From an uncultured Candidatus Saccharibacteria bacterium (lineage in GTDB: Bacteria > Patescibacteriota > WWE3 > UBA101185 > 2-01-FULL-41-18): 64,000 bases of DNA. The notes beneath the pieces were generated by a model that searched no databases, was not told the origin of the DNA, and saw only the letters and a list, made by a program, of their open reading frames with translations. The stretch covers positions 19,167 through 83,166 of the forward strand of contig CAZWQF010000005.1 in assembly GCA_964636285.1 (NCBI GenBank), given 5' to 3'. Within the stretch, counting starts at the first letter, position 1; each line of letters opens with the position of its first letter. Positions 9,543-19,382 of the stretch are shown one piece after another. The position numbers and the translations under genes are program-made.

Positions 9543-11660
9543 GTGAGACTGGGTCCTAAAATCACACTTTTTGCCGGTTTGATTAACATAGCTTCGCTAG
9601 TGTTTGTATATTTTGTATTTCAATCAGTGTTAATAGGCGGCTTAAGAAACATTGAGGACACAAGGGTTAGAACCAGTATAGATAGGATTCGTGAGGCTAT
9701 TCAAAATAGAATAGTTGCAGTTGATTTAAAAAACCAATCTTTTTCTACTTCTGATGAGACAAGAAAAGTAATCTTTGGCTATTCTTCAAAACCTCAATAT
9801 GAGCTTGCTAACTTAGATTTGATTCAAATATATGACAAAGGCGGTAAATCCCTGTACACAAACATAAAACCAGTACCTGGAAACAGATTGGACTCGGATT
9901 CCCTATTAATAAAGAATGCACTGTCTGGCAAAAAGTCATCTGGTGTCATACTTTTTGAAGAGGGCTACCTAATGATCTCAGCAAGACCTGTAATTTACGA
10001 TACTGAGAGTAATAAAGTGGAAGGGGTTATTCTTGCTGGTGAGCTCTTGGACGAAAGTCTATTTGCAGAGATTTCTCAACAAGTGAAAATTAGTTTTGAT
10101 GTATCTGGTGTAGATCCAATAAAATCAGAGTTATTTAAAGTGCTCTCCAGTCTAAAATCTGGGCAGCTCTATGTACTTGAGGTTCCAAATACAACAGATC
10201 CAATTAAAGGTTACTCCTTGTTCTCCGGAGTGGATGACTCACCACTTTTCATTATTGAAGTAAATACAGACAGAGAGCTTTTTAAGGAAGGCGAGAAGGC
10301 TATTAGATACCTTGTAGCTTCGCTGGTGGTCGCAGGAGTGGCCTCAATGGTAGTACTTGTGATTTTATTCAACTCAATTGCTGTGGGCAGGCTTAGGAAG
10401 CTTGAGAAAGATGTTAAGAGCATTAGATCTCTAGGTAACTTTTCCAAAAGAGTTGATGTAGTTGGGGTTGATGAGATAGGGGTCTTAGCAAAAGATATTA
10501 ATGACATGCTAGGTTCGCTTGAAATATCTCAGAGACTTCTGCTTGAAGAGGAGCAGCATGTTAAAAAGAAAGTTGAGGAGCAGACAAAGGAGATCAGGGA
10601 AGGCGAAGCCAAGCTCTTTGCTTCCATCAACAGTGTGCCTAATGGCCTAATTATTACCGACAAGGAGGGTAATCTTGTCCTTGTAAATCAGGCCACGTCC
10701 AGAATCCTGAACTTAAAAGATATCCCCCTCACTCTGGCTTCGCTTCAGGTTCTATTTGGGGACTCCCTTTTGCTTCAGGAGAGCTATAACAAATGTTTGG
10801 ATACTCAGAGGCCAATTTCGATTGATGAGGTAAAGTATGGTTCCAAGCTACTTCAAATCTATATTGCCCCCATATACTTTTTGGGCGATAGGAAGAACAA
10901 CATCACAGGTGTGGTAATTCTAATTACGGATATTACTGAGCCAAAGCTTATTGAAAGATCAAAAGATGAATTCTTCTCTATTGCTTCGCATGAGCTTAGA
11001 ACGCCTCTAACTGCAATTAGAGGCAATACAGACCTTCTTAAAAAGTTTTATTTTGAGAAGTTTCCTGAAGATCAGAGTTTTAAAGAGATGGTTTCAGATA
11101 TCAACGAAGCGTCGTTAAGGTTGATGGGTATAGTTAATGAATTCCTCACTACATCAAGACTTGAGCTGGGGAAAATTGAGTTTGCAAAGCAAGGATTTGA
11201 TATTGAGGAGCTTGTTGCAAGTGTAATACACGAGTTTTCAATTCCTGCAAAAGACAAAGGACTTGCAATTTCCTTGGTTAAGCTAAGTGACCCACTTCCA
11301 AAAGTGTATGCAGACAGAGATAGAGTCAGGGAAGTTTTTGTGAACTTAATAAGTAATGCAGTAAAGTACTCCGATACAGGAAAGATTGATGTGAAACTTA
11401 AATGGGATGGTGATTATTTGCAGACGTCAGTTGAAGACACTGGTAGGGGAATTCCTCTTGAAAACCAAAACTTTTTGTTTAGGAAATTCCAGCAGGCTAA
11501 AAGAAATATTTATGCTCGGGATACTGCAAGCAGCACTGGTCTTGGTTTATACATCTGCAAACTTCTGATTGAGAACATGGGAGGTCAAATATATCTTGAA
11601 AAATCTGAGGAAGGTGTTGGGTCTACATTCACTTTCACGCTTCCTTTAGCTTCAGAATAG
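9543..11660 (+). CDS. Membrane sensor histidine kinase with HAMP, PAS, HisKA and HATPase domains.
   Basis: Two TM helices and a HAMP-like linker are present. The H-box is SHELRTPLTAIRGN and the ATPase G-boxes are GLGLYICKLL. Confidence 0.8.
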   Translation: MRLGPKITLFAGLINIASLVFVYFVFQSVLIGGLRNIEDTRVRTSIDRIREAIQNRIVAVDLKNQSFSTSDETRKVIFGYSSKPQYELANLDLIQIYDKGGKSLYTNIKPVPGNRLDSDSLLIKNALSGKKSSGVILFEEGYLMISARPVIYDTESNKVEGVILAGELLDESLFAEISQQVKISFDVSGVDPIKSELFKVLSSLKSGQLYVLEVPNTTDPIKGYSLFSGVDDSPLFIIEVNTDRELFKEGEKAIRYLVASLVVAGVASMVVLVILFNSIAVGRLRKLEKDVKSIRSLGNFSKRVDVVGVDEIGVLAKDINDMLGSLEISQRLLLEEEQHVKKKVEEQTKEIREGEAKLFASINSVPNGLIITDKEGNLVLVNQATSRILNLKDIPLTLASLQVLFGDSLLLQESYNKCLDTQRPISIDEVKYGSKLLQIYIAPIYFLGDRKNNITGVVILITDITEPKLIERSKDEFFSIASHELRTPLTAIRGNTDLLKKFYFEKFPEDQSFKEMVSDINEASLRLMGIVNEFLTTSRLELGKIEFAKQGFDIEELVASVIHEFSIPAKDKGLAISLVKLSDPLPKVYADRDRVREVFVNLISNAVKYSDTGKIDVKLKWDGDYLQTSVEDTGRGIPLENQNFLFRKFQQAKRNIYARDTASSTGLGLYICKLLIENMGGQIYLEKSEEGVGSTFTFTLPLASE

Positions 11661-11705
11661 GGTTTAGCTCTTGAAATTTAGCTCAAGTATTACTATTATA
11701 TTTAC

Positions 11706-12071
11706 ATGGCAAGGATACTAATAATTGAAGATGACCCGTTAATGCTGAGAATGTACGAAAAAGTATTTAAGTACGAAGGTTTTGAAGTTGTGTTAGTTAA
11801 CAATGGCAAAGAAGGTGTTGGTCTTGCAAAGACAAGTAATCCAAGTCTTGTAGTTCTTGACTTGATGATGCCTGAAATGGATGGTTTGCAGGTTTTGGAG
11901 CTCTTAAAAAAAGACGAAACAACAAAGCATATTCCGGTTGTAATTCTTACAAATCTTGTAAATGACTCAGTTCTTAATACCGCCATGTCACTTGGTGCAA
12001 AAGGCTACCTTGTAAAATCAGAAATCTCAAACGATAAAATTGTTGAAGAGGTCAAAAAGTATCTTAGTTAG
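11706..12071 (+). CDS. Single-domain response regulator (receiver only).
   Basis: Receiver motifs (LIIEDD ... VLDLMMPEMDG ... K) are present and there is no output domain. Confidence 0.8.
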   Translation: MARILIIEDDPLMLRMYEKVFKYEGFEVVLVNNGKEGVGLAKTSNPSLVVLDLMMPEMDGLQVLELLKKDETTKHIPVVILTNLVNDSVLNTAMSLGAKGYLVKSEISNDKIVEEVKKYLS

Positions 12072-12079
12072 CCTTTGAT

Positions 12080-12109
12080 ATCAAAGCCGGGTTTTACGCC
12101 GGCCTTGAT
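12080..12109. terminator. Bidirectional hairpin between two convergent genes (response regulator on +, mscL on -).
   Basis: The sequence atcaaagccgg-gttttacg-ccggccttgat forms an 11-bp stem with one mismatch. It lies in the 48-bp convergent intergenic gap. Confidence 0.4.
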
Positions 12110-12119
12110 CCTATCTTAC

Positions 12120-12419
12120 TTATTTTTTCTTGTCTAATTTATCAAGACCGAGTCCCTTTACTCCGTAGTAAACAACCAGAGCAATGACTAAGAAATCAAT
12201 TCCTGTGTTAAGAAAGCTTCCCCACATGAGTTTAGCGCTTCCTATTTGAAAGTATGCGCTTTTGAGGTCTCCTGCAGCACCAAGGATTATTCCAAGTACT
12301 GGATTTACAATGTCTGCAACAAGCGAGGACACTACTTTTGAAACAGCACCTCCTAGAATAAAACCTACTGCGAGCCCAATTACACCCTGTTCTCTAATGA
12401 ATTCCAAAAATCCTTTCAT
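12120..12419 (-). CDS. mscL: Large-conductance mechanosensitive channel.
   Basis: A 99-aa protein with MscL-typical sequence (MKGFLEFIREQGVIGLAVGFILGGA ... DFLVIALVVYY). Confidence 0.9.
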   Translation of the reverse strand: MKGFLEFIREQGVIGLAVGFILGGAVSKVVSSLVADIVNPVLGIILGAAGDLKSAYFQIGSAKLMWGSFLNTGIDFLVIALVVYYGVKGLGLDKLDKKK

Positions 12420-12496
12420 GATGTATCACCTCCTTATATATAGAATCATATAATATTTTTCTTTTTGCTCCAATCAAAAAGTGCTAAAATGCAAAA

Positions 12497-12877
12497 ATGA
12501 TCAATAGACTTAATCATGTAGTAATCATAGTTCCTGAATATGAAGAAGCTCTAGCCTATTACGTTGATGTACTTGGATTTGAAAAGCACGCAGATATGCC
12601 ACTTGGAGATGGATTTAGGTGGTTAACTGTAGCGCCAAAGAATCAATCCGACGTAAGGATAGTCCTGTCAAAGGCCACAGATCCTGTTGAGGAAGACTTA
12701 ATAGGTAAAGTTAGAGGTTGGGTTTTTGAAGTTGATGATTGTAAAAACGCTTGCGAAGATTTGGTAACTAAGGGAGTGAAACTTTTAGAGACGCCATCTT
12801 CTTACGTCTGGGGTACTCAGGCAATAATCGAAGACATGTACGGAAATCAGTTCACTTTATTGCAACCTAATTCGTAA
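12497..12877 (+). CDS. VOC/glyoxalase-family protein.
   Basis: A 126-aa protein with a glyoxalase-like fold signature (HVVIIVPEYEEALAYYVDVLGF ...). Confidence 0.55.
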   Translation: MINRLNHVVIIVPEYEEALAYYVDVLGFEKHADMPLGDGFRWLTVAPKNQSDVRIVLSKATDPVEEDLIGKVRGWVFEVDDCKNACEDLVTKGVKLLETPSSYVWGTQAIIEDMYGNQFTLLQPNS

Positions 12878-13616
12878 TCACAAACTTATTTAAGACCCAT
12901 GCAAGACCATCTTCAGACACCGAAGGGGCAATGTAATCGGCTTTTGAAATCAGAGCTTTTGTAGCAGTTCCCATGGCTACTTTGTTTCCACAGGCTTCAA
13001 ATAAGTGTAAATCATTGTCAGAATCTCCAATTGCCAGAACAAACTCTTTTTTTACTCCTAAAATCTCAAGTAATTTTTGAGTGGCAAATTTCTTTGTTGC
13101 AAGCCTATGTGTTATGTGTGCATCGAATTTATCTGTTTCCCATGACGGCACTATGCTTATACTCATCTCTTGTATGTCTTTTATGGAGTCAAAAAACTTT
13201 GTTGCTGCTTCTTTTGATAAGTTCTTTGCGTAAATAATCTTGACGTCATTTTTATTTAGTTGAAAATTAATTATTGATTCAGGAAATTCTTCGTCAAAAA
13301 ATAGCTTAATAAGAAGGTTGTCTGCGCACTTAGATATTAAAGCAAGGTCATTATGGTTTATGTACTGTTGCCAGATGATTGAGTCTGTAACTGGATCATA
13401 TATTTCGGTGCCACCTGAGAGTATGCATGGTCTTATTATTCCTAGATCTTTTATGATTCTTAGTGCGGTGGCTTTTGACCTACCCGTAGCGCAAGTTACT
13501 TGTGTCAACTTTGAAGCTTTGTGTACAGCATTTATTACTTCAGTGCTTGGGGAGGCTCCTAGCCTTGGTTGGACTGCAGTTCCGTCTAAATCAAATATGA
13601 CCGCTTTGATTACCAC
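12867..13616 (-). CDS. HAD-superfamily hydrolase, Cof-like (subfamily IIB).
   Basis: HAD motif I (IFDLDGT), a GDSDND motif near the C-terminus and a Cof-type cap. Confidence 0.7.
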   Translation of the reverse strand: MVIKAVIFDLDGTAVQPRLGASPSTEVINAVHKASKLTQVTCATGRSKATALRIIKDLGIIRPCILSGGTEIYDPVTDSIIWQQYINHNDLALISKCADNLLIKLFFDEEFPESIINFQLNKNDVKIIYAKNLSKEAATKFFDSIKDIQEMSISIVPSWETDKFDAHITHRLATKKFATQKLLEILGVKKEFVLAIGDSDNDLHLFEACGNKVAMGTATKALISKADYIAPSVSEDGLAWVLNKFVITN

Positions 13617-15644
13617 TTAATAAACCTTCAAAATTGTTACTCCTGTATTTCCATAAATCGGTTCTCCAAGACTTAAGAGTTTATTTGTTTGAATTCTTCC
13701 GCCATAGATTCTACTTTCTTGTTCTCCAAGAATGATGTAGTCAATCTTGTACTTCTTAAGAAGTATTTTTGACCTCTCTATATCCTCTCCAGTATATATT
13801 TCTGAAACCTCTGTTCTTCTGTTTCCAACTTCAGTGTAGTCTCCTCTCCACGTCCATTCGTGAACTGGCCATCCAACTATTGAAGGTGCACCAAGATAAA
13901 CAGAGTAATAGTTATTATCCTCATAACTTTCTCCAGAGGCCTCAACAATTCTAAATGGCTTTGGTTGCTTATCTAAGAACATTAACGCGTCATAATCGTA
14001 AGGGTATTTATTTGCAAGCCATAACAATGGATTTGAGATACCCATGTACTGCTTTGACTGAATAAAATATTGAGTTGTTTTAATTGGGTAAATTGAACCA
14101 ACACTTAGTACGGTAATAAGAAGCAAAAGAAAGAATTTGTTTCTTTTAATCGAATAAGAAATCATTACTCCAGTAAACAAAGAAAGGGATATCCACTCAT
14201 GTCCAGTAAGTTTTAAGAACGTATTCGCTCTAAACCACTCCCCTTGGCTGAGAATATCCTTGAAGTAAAATGTTTCTGAAAAAATAAATAAAAATATAGC
14301 GTATCCAAGTATAAGTGCTAAAAAGATCTTGACTCTACTTTTAGTTAAATCAATAAAATACTTTAAACAAAGTAAGACTGCAATCAAGAATATCCCCCAA
14401 AAAAATAGCCAACTTTGAAAGTTTGATCTTTGATGTACAAAATCAAGCCCCTTAACAGGTGTTTTAAGAAACAAAACTAAAGGCGCTGTAACTAGAAGAA
14501 AAATTAAAGCTGAGTATATTTCGCGGATTCCAAAATTAAGTAAAGATTTTTTATATTCTATTGCAAAAACAGTTCCCGTAACGAGAATGAGTGGTAATAT
14601 GTCCCAAGTGTTAGTTATAAACGATATACCTAGTAAAAAAGAAATGAATAGATAAAACTTGTACCTGAGAGGGCCTGGTTTATTTGTTTCATCAGAACCG
14701 TATGTGTAAAAACTCCATAGTGTGTACAGAATCACTACTGTCATTAAGTAGCCAAATACATGTGGATGTATGTTTGCTTCTAAGTATGAAAAAAATGGAA
14801 TTTCTGTGATTGTGCCTTTTATAGATCTTGTCGCTTCAGCATACCAAAATTGATAGTCATTAGGGAACCACTTCCCTTTAGTTACAGAGTTTAAAAACCA
14901 TTTAATACTTTGCAGAGGTCCAGAAAAACAAAATAGGAATGTTGATAGGAGTCCTGCAATTACAGAATAGAGATTTGAATGGGTAATAATTTTTGTAATT
15001 TCCTTTGAAAGACTGAAGATAATAGTTCCTGTGGCAGCAAAAAGTAGCGCTGACATTAAATAAAATCCTCGCATACTGTTTTGACCAGATAGTGTATTTA
15101 ATATGTATGAGATCATGTGGGAAAAGTAGTAATAGTTAGTGGTTTTTCCAGCAAACCATACATCCTGTAGTGGCAACTCCTTTGTAGATTCTAATGTTCT
15201 TATAAATCCAAAGTCCATGAACCTTTCAATTTGATATATTTCAGGTCTTCTAGCTAATAGAAAATACATCGCAAAAAATAGCAATGTGAAAAGGATTGTT
15301 TGAAAGATGAGAGTTCTGTAGTTTTCCTTAAGCCAATTCTTAATTATATTTTTAAAGTCGCTTCTATAAAGTAGCAAATTCAATAACACCCAAGCTGATG
15401 TAACGCCAAATACGCATATCGGATTTAAGGTTTTGATTGGAAAAAATGACCCTAAGGTGAATGTTATTGCTCCTATAACAAACATTGATACAAAGAAAGA
15501 CACTGAAAGGCCTTTGTCTTCTGACTTTCCAAAAAATAAATTGGAAAACGGTAGGCCAATAGCTGTAAGAAGTGCTACAACTAGTAAATATGGAAGTATA
15601 TAGTGAGTGAGGTCGCCGATAAATATTTTACTAATTTCCTGCAT
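13617..15644 (-). CDS. Large polytopic membrane protein; putative GT-C-type glycosyltransferase (DUF2298-like).
   Basis: A 675-aa protein with more than 12 predicted TM helices and a soluble C-terminal ~130-aa domain. It is directly adjacent to the HAD gene on the same strand, suggesting an operon. Confidence 0.4.
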   Translation of the reverse strand: MQEISKIFIGDLTHYILPYLLVVALLTAIGLPFSNLFFGKSEDKGLSVSFFVSMFVIGAITFTLGSFFPIKTLNPICVFGVTSAWVLLNLLLYRSDFKNIIKNWLKENYRTLIFQTILFTLLFFAMYFLLARRPEIYQIERFMDFGFIRTLESTKELPLQDVWFAGKTTNYYYFSHMISYILNTLSGQNSMRGFYLMSALLFAATGTIIFSLSKEITKIITHSNLYSVIAGLLSTFLFCFSGPLQSIKWFLNSVTKGKWFPNDYQFWYAEATRSIKGTITEIPFFSYLEANIHPHVFGYLMTVVILYTLWSFYTYGSDETNKPGPLRYKFYLFISFLLGISFITNTWDILPLILVTGTVFAIEYKKSLLNFGIREIYSALIFLLVTAPLVLFLKTPVKGLDFVHQRSNFQSWLFFWGIFLIAVLLCLKYFIDLTKSRVKIFLALILGYAIFLFIFSETFYFKDILSQGEWFRANTFLKLTGHEWISLSLFTGVMISYSIKRNKFFLLLLITVLSVGSIYPIKTTQYFIQSKQYMGISNPLLWLANKYPYDYDALMFLDKQPKPFRIVEASGESYEDNNYYSVYLGAPSIVGWPVHEWTWRGDYTEVGNRRTEVSEIYTGEDIERSKILLKKYKIDYIILGEQESRIYGGRIQTNKLLSLGEPIYGNTGVTILKVY

Positions 15645-15713
15645 AATTTATTACTAAATAATAGCACCTTTTACTACTCAGCAAATTATCAGCTCAAAGC
15701 ATATAATAAGTCT

Positions 15714-16385
15714 ATGCACGTGTTAATAGTTGAAGATGATTTTAGAATATCTAACGCCATAAAAAAAGGCTTTGAACAAGAAAAAATTATTGTTGACCAG
15801 GCTTTTACTGGTGACGAAGGTTTTGACCTTGCAGTAACTCAAAAATACGATGTGCTAATTCTAGATCTTATGCTTCCAGGTTTGGATGGGTTAGAAATTT
15901 GCAAAAAACTCAGGACTGAAAAAAACTACACACCAATTTTAATGTTGACTGCAAAAGGAGATCTTCAAGACAAGCTTGAGGGTTTTAAAAGTGGGGCTGA
16001 TGACTATTTAGCAAAGCCGTTCGCTTTTGAAGAGTTACTGGCAAGAGTAAAAGCTTTATCTAAAAGACCCGAGATAATCAGTGATAATCTTTTAACATGC
16101 ATGGATCTTTCTTTAAACACAGTTAATTTTAAAGTAGAAAGGGCTGGGAAAGAAATATTACTTTCTAGAAAAGAGTATGCTCTCCTGGAGTACCTATTGA
16201 GAAATAAAAATAGAATTCTTACCAAGGATCAGATCATTTCTCATGTATGGGATTATGACTCAGACATTCTTCCAAACACTGTAGAGCAGTATATTGGATA
16301 CTTAAGAGATAAAATTGATAAGCCGTATAGAAAAAATAAGTTAATTGTTACTGTTAGAGGTTTTGGGTACAAAATCCAGGAGTAG
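15714..16385 (+). CDS. OmpR/PhoB-family response regulator.
   Basis: Receiver motifs (MHVLIVEDD ... ILDLMLPGLDG) and a winged-helix C-terminus (TVRGFGYKI). The start was moved to the ATG at 15714 because the longer ORF overlaps the divergent upstream gene. Confidence 0.8.
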   Translation: MHVLIVEDDFRISNAIKKGFEQEKIIVDQAFTGDEGFDLAVTQKYDVLILDLMLPGLDGLEICKKLRTEKNYTPILMLTAKGDLQDKLEGFKSGADDYLAKPFAFEELLARVKALSKRPEIISDNLLTCMDLSLNTVNFKVERAGKEILLSRKEYALLEYLLRNKNRILTKDQIISHVWDYDSDILPNTVEQYIGYLRDKIDKPYRKNKLIVTVRGFGYKIQE

Positions 16386-16386
16386 T

Positions 16387-17412
16387 ATGTTTAAGTCAGC
16401 AAAAATTAAATTAACAGCATCATATGTAGCCATAGTAATGTTTGTTTCTGTTGCATTCAGTTCCTTTGTTTATGTTGGTGTGATGCAAAGCACTCAAAGA
16501 GCTCTTGAATCTCAAAAGAAGAGGCTTGAGCGAAGGCTTGAGGTAGGGCCTGCCCCTCAAAGACCTGGGGGGTTTGGACCTATGATTGATTCAGAAACCT
16601 TTAATGAGATTAGGGAGAGAACACTTCTAATGCTACTTGTGATAAACAGTGTAGTATTTGTAATAACAGGTGGAGCTGGGTACTTTATAGCCGGTGCTAC
16701 TTTGAAGCCAATAGAGGAAGCTACAAAAAAACAAAAAAGATTTATTTCTGACGCAGCGCACGAAATTAAAACACCATTGACAGCCATGAAAGCAAATCTT
16801 GAAGTTACGTTAAGAGATAAGAAACTTACTCTTGAAACAGCTAAAGAATGTCTACAAGGCGTGATCTCAGATGCGAACATGCTACAAAGTCTTGCCGAGA
16901 GCCTGCTTGCTCAAAGTAGGATTCAAAATGGTGACTCAGAAAAGTTTGTAAAAACGGATCTTCAACAAGTTGTTCAAGGGGCAATCAAACTTCATGCGGC
17001 CGATGCTAAAAATAAAAACATTGAGGTTAGTTATGAGGGTGTTCAATTATTTATAAACGCGCAGGTGGAGAACATTGGTATGGCAATCTCAAACTTAATT
17101 GATAATTCAGTTAAATATAATAAACCTGGCGGAAATATAGATTTGAAGATTGAGAAAACAGGGCAACATGCTGTTCTTGTAATTAAGGACACTGGCGTTG
17201 GGATATCTGATGAAGACGCTCCGCATATTTTTGAGCCATTTTATAGAGCAGACAAATCAAGATCAAAAAACAACGCTAAAGGTTATGGTCTTGGGCTAGC
17301 TATTGTCAAAGAGATACTGCAAAAAAATAAGGGTTCCGTTCAAGTGAAAAGTAAACTTGGCGAAGGTACGGAATTTATCCTCAAATTCCCACTTTCAGGT
17401 TATTCTCAGTAA
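16387..17412 (+). CDS. Sensor histidine kinase with two TM helices and a short extracytoplasmic loop.
   Basis: H-box (AAHEIKTPLTAMKAN), N-box (ISNLIDNSVKY) and G-boxes (GYGLGLAIVKEIL). The start is 2 nt after the regulator's stop. Confidence 0.8.
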   Translation: MFKSAKIKLTASYVAIVMFVSVAFSSFVYVGVMQSTQRALESQKKRLERRLEVGPAPQRPGGFGPMIDSETFNEIRERTLLMLLVINSVVFVITGGAGYFIAGATLKPIEEATKKQKRFISDAAHEIKTPLTAMKANLEVTLRDKKLTLETAKECLQGVISDANMLQSLAESLLAQSRIQNGDSEKFVKTDLQQVVQGAIKLHAADAKNKNIEVSYEGVQLFINAQVENIGMAISNLIDNSVKYNKPGGNIDLKIEKTGQHAVLVIKDTGVGISDEDAPHIFEPFYRADKSRSKNNAKGYGLGLAIVKEILQKNKGSVQVKSKLGEGTEFILKFPLSGYSQ

Positions 17413-17442
17413 TTTATCATATAAGTTTACTTGGAGAAGTTT

Positions 17443-18687
17443 ATGAAATTATTATCAAAATATAAATATGTTATTTTATTTGTTCTTTTAGTTGCAGGAG
17501 TAATTTTTGGTGGGCAGTACCTTCTTAATTCTAGTAATACTTCCACAAGTGCTGTAGGTAAATCTGAGACTTCAACAACCTCCAAGGTTTCTCAAGGATC
17601 CATTACCCAGGGCATATCAGCTTCTGGCCAAGTTCAGACAGCAAACTACCTTCCAGTTACGACTAGCGTAAATGGTATTGTTAAATCTGTATTTGTGAAG
17701 GAGGGAGATAAAGTATACAAAGGCCAAAAAATTATTGAAGTTACGCTATCTTCTGAGGGTGAAAAAAGCTTACTTAGTGCAAACGCTCAATACATGAAAG
17801 CCTCAAATGCACTTACTTCAACAAAAAATAATTTATATTCTTTACAGCTACAATTAAAGCAGAAGGAAAAAGCATTTGATGATATTAAAAAGACTACTGG
17901 CTACTCAAACTCAGAACAAAGATACAGTTACAGAATTGCAGAGCTTGACTATCAATCAGCTAAAAGTAAGTATGATGAGCTTCAATCCGAGATATCTCAG
18001 CTTGAGGTATCACTTAGTAGCTCTTGGCAAGATTACTTAACTCAATCTCCTATAATAACAGCCCCTTCAGACGGAGTGGTGGCAAACGTGGTTGCTGTTG
18101 AAGGTGCAAAGATTGAAAACTCAGTTTCGGAAAGATCAGTTCAGACGGTAGCCTCAATTAAAAAAGAGGGTACACCTATTGCATCTGTTAATGTTACCGA
18201 AATTGACATTAATTCAGTAAAAGTTGGGCAAAAGGTTAAGTTAACTTTGAACAGTGTTCCGAATCAAGAGTTCTCAGGTAAAGTTGCAGGAATAGATAAA
18301 ATTGGAACTGTATCAAATGGAGTTTCAAACTACCCAGTGATAATTAAATTTGACGAAGCCTCGGAAAAAGTACTTCCTAATATGGGAGTTGAAGCTTCAA
18401 TTGTTGTGGATGAAAAGGCTGATGTTTTGTATGTTCCTACTTCGGCAATAAAAACATCTGGGTCAAAAAAGACAGTTACACTTGTATCAGAGACCGAGAC
18501 TAAGCAGATTGAAGTAGTTACAGGAATTTCGGACACAACAAATACTGAAATAGTTTCTGGCTTAAAGCTGGATGACTCCGTTCAAATTAGTGCATTACCT
18601 ACATCAGGTTTTACTTCTTCGTCCAGTTCTAGTAGAAACTCCCCTCAAGGAATCTTTGGGATTTTTGGCGGAAACGTAAGGAGATAA
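17443..18687 (+). CDS. Periplasmic adaptor subunit (HlyD/MacA family) of a tripartite transporter.
   Basis: An N-terminal TM helix, a biotin-lipoyl-like hairpin, a coiled coil and a beta-barrel domain. A GGAGAAG RBS precedes the ATG at 17443. Confidence 0.7.
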   Translation: MKLLSKYKYVILFVLLVAGVIFGGQYLLNSSNTSTSAVGKSETSTTSKVSQGSITQGISASGQVQTANYLPVTTSVNGIVKSVFVKEGDKVYKGQKIIEVTLSSEGEKSLLSANAQYMKASNALTSTKNNLYSLQLQLKQKEKAFDDIKKTTGYSNSEQRYSYRIAELDYQSAKSKYDELQSEISQLEVSLSSSWQDYLTQSPIITAPSDGVVANVVAVEGAKIENSVSERSVQTVASIKKEGTPIASVNVTEIDINSVKVGQKVKLTLNSVPNQEFSGKVAGIDKIGTVSNGVSNYPVIIKFDEASEKVLPNMGVEASIVVDEKADVLYVPTSAIKTSGSKKTVTLVSETETKQIEVVTGISDTTNTEIVSGLKLDDSVQISALPTSGFTSSSSSSRNSPQGIFGIFGGNVRR

Positions 18688-18704
18688 AAATCTCTAGAAA
18701 ACTT

Positions 18705-19382
18705 ATGATTGAGGCAAGAAAAATAACCAAGATTTATGACAATGCAGGAGTTAAAACTCAAGTTTTGTTCAATATAAGTTTTAAGATTGAAAAAGGTGAG
18801 TTTGTAGCTATTATTGGCCCCTCCGGTTCTGGAAAGTCTACATTAATGCACATTCTTGGGGCACTGGATGTGCCAACTTCCGGAGAATACATATTAAATA
18901 ACAAATCAGTAGTAGCGCTAAATGACGATCAGCTAGCGGAAATTCGAAACAAAGAAATTGGTTTTATTTTTCAGTCCTACAACCTTCTTCCAAGGATGTC
19001 AGCTTTAAAAAATGTACTGATACCTATGGCGTATGCAGGAATTCCAAAAAAAGAACGAATGGTGAAAGCTTTGGAAGTTCTTAAGATTGTTGGGCTTGAG
19101 GATAAAATCAATAATCAACCAAGTCAGTTGTCAGGAGGACAAAAGCAAAGAGTGGCTATTGCTAGAGCACTTTCTTTGGAGCCAAGCATATTGCTTGCTG
19201 ACGAGCCTACAGGAAATTTACCAACTAATCAAAGTGACGAAATAATTGATTTGTTTGAAGACTTGAATAAAAAAGGACACACTGTACTTGTAATAACCCA
19301 CAATGACGCAATTGCAAAAAGAGCAAAGCGAATTATTTCAATAGTAGATGGAAGAATAGTTAGTGATGTAAAGAATGTATGA
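18705..19382 (+). CDS. ABC transporter ATP-binding protein, MacB/LolD-like.
   Basis: Walker A (GPSGSGKST), signature (LSGGQKQRVAIARAL) and Walker B (ILLADEPTGNL). Confidence 0.85.
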   Translation: MIEARKITKIYDNAGVKTQVLFNISFKIEKGEFVAIIGPSGSGKSTLMHILGALDVPTSGEYILNNKSVVALNDDQLAEIRNKEIGFIFQSYNLLPRMSALKNVLIPMAYAGIPKKERMVKALEVLKIVGLEDKINNQPSQLSGGQKQRVAIARALSLEPSILLADEPTGNLPTNQSDEIIDLFEDLNKKGHTVLVITHNDAIAKRAKRIISIVDGRIVSDVKNV

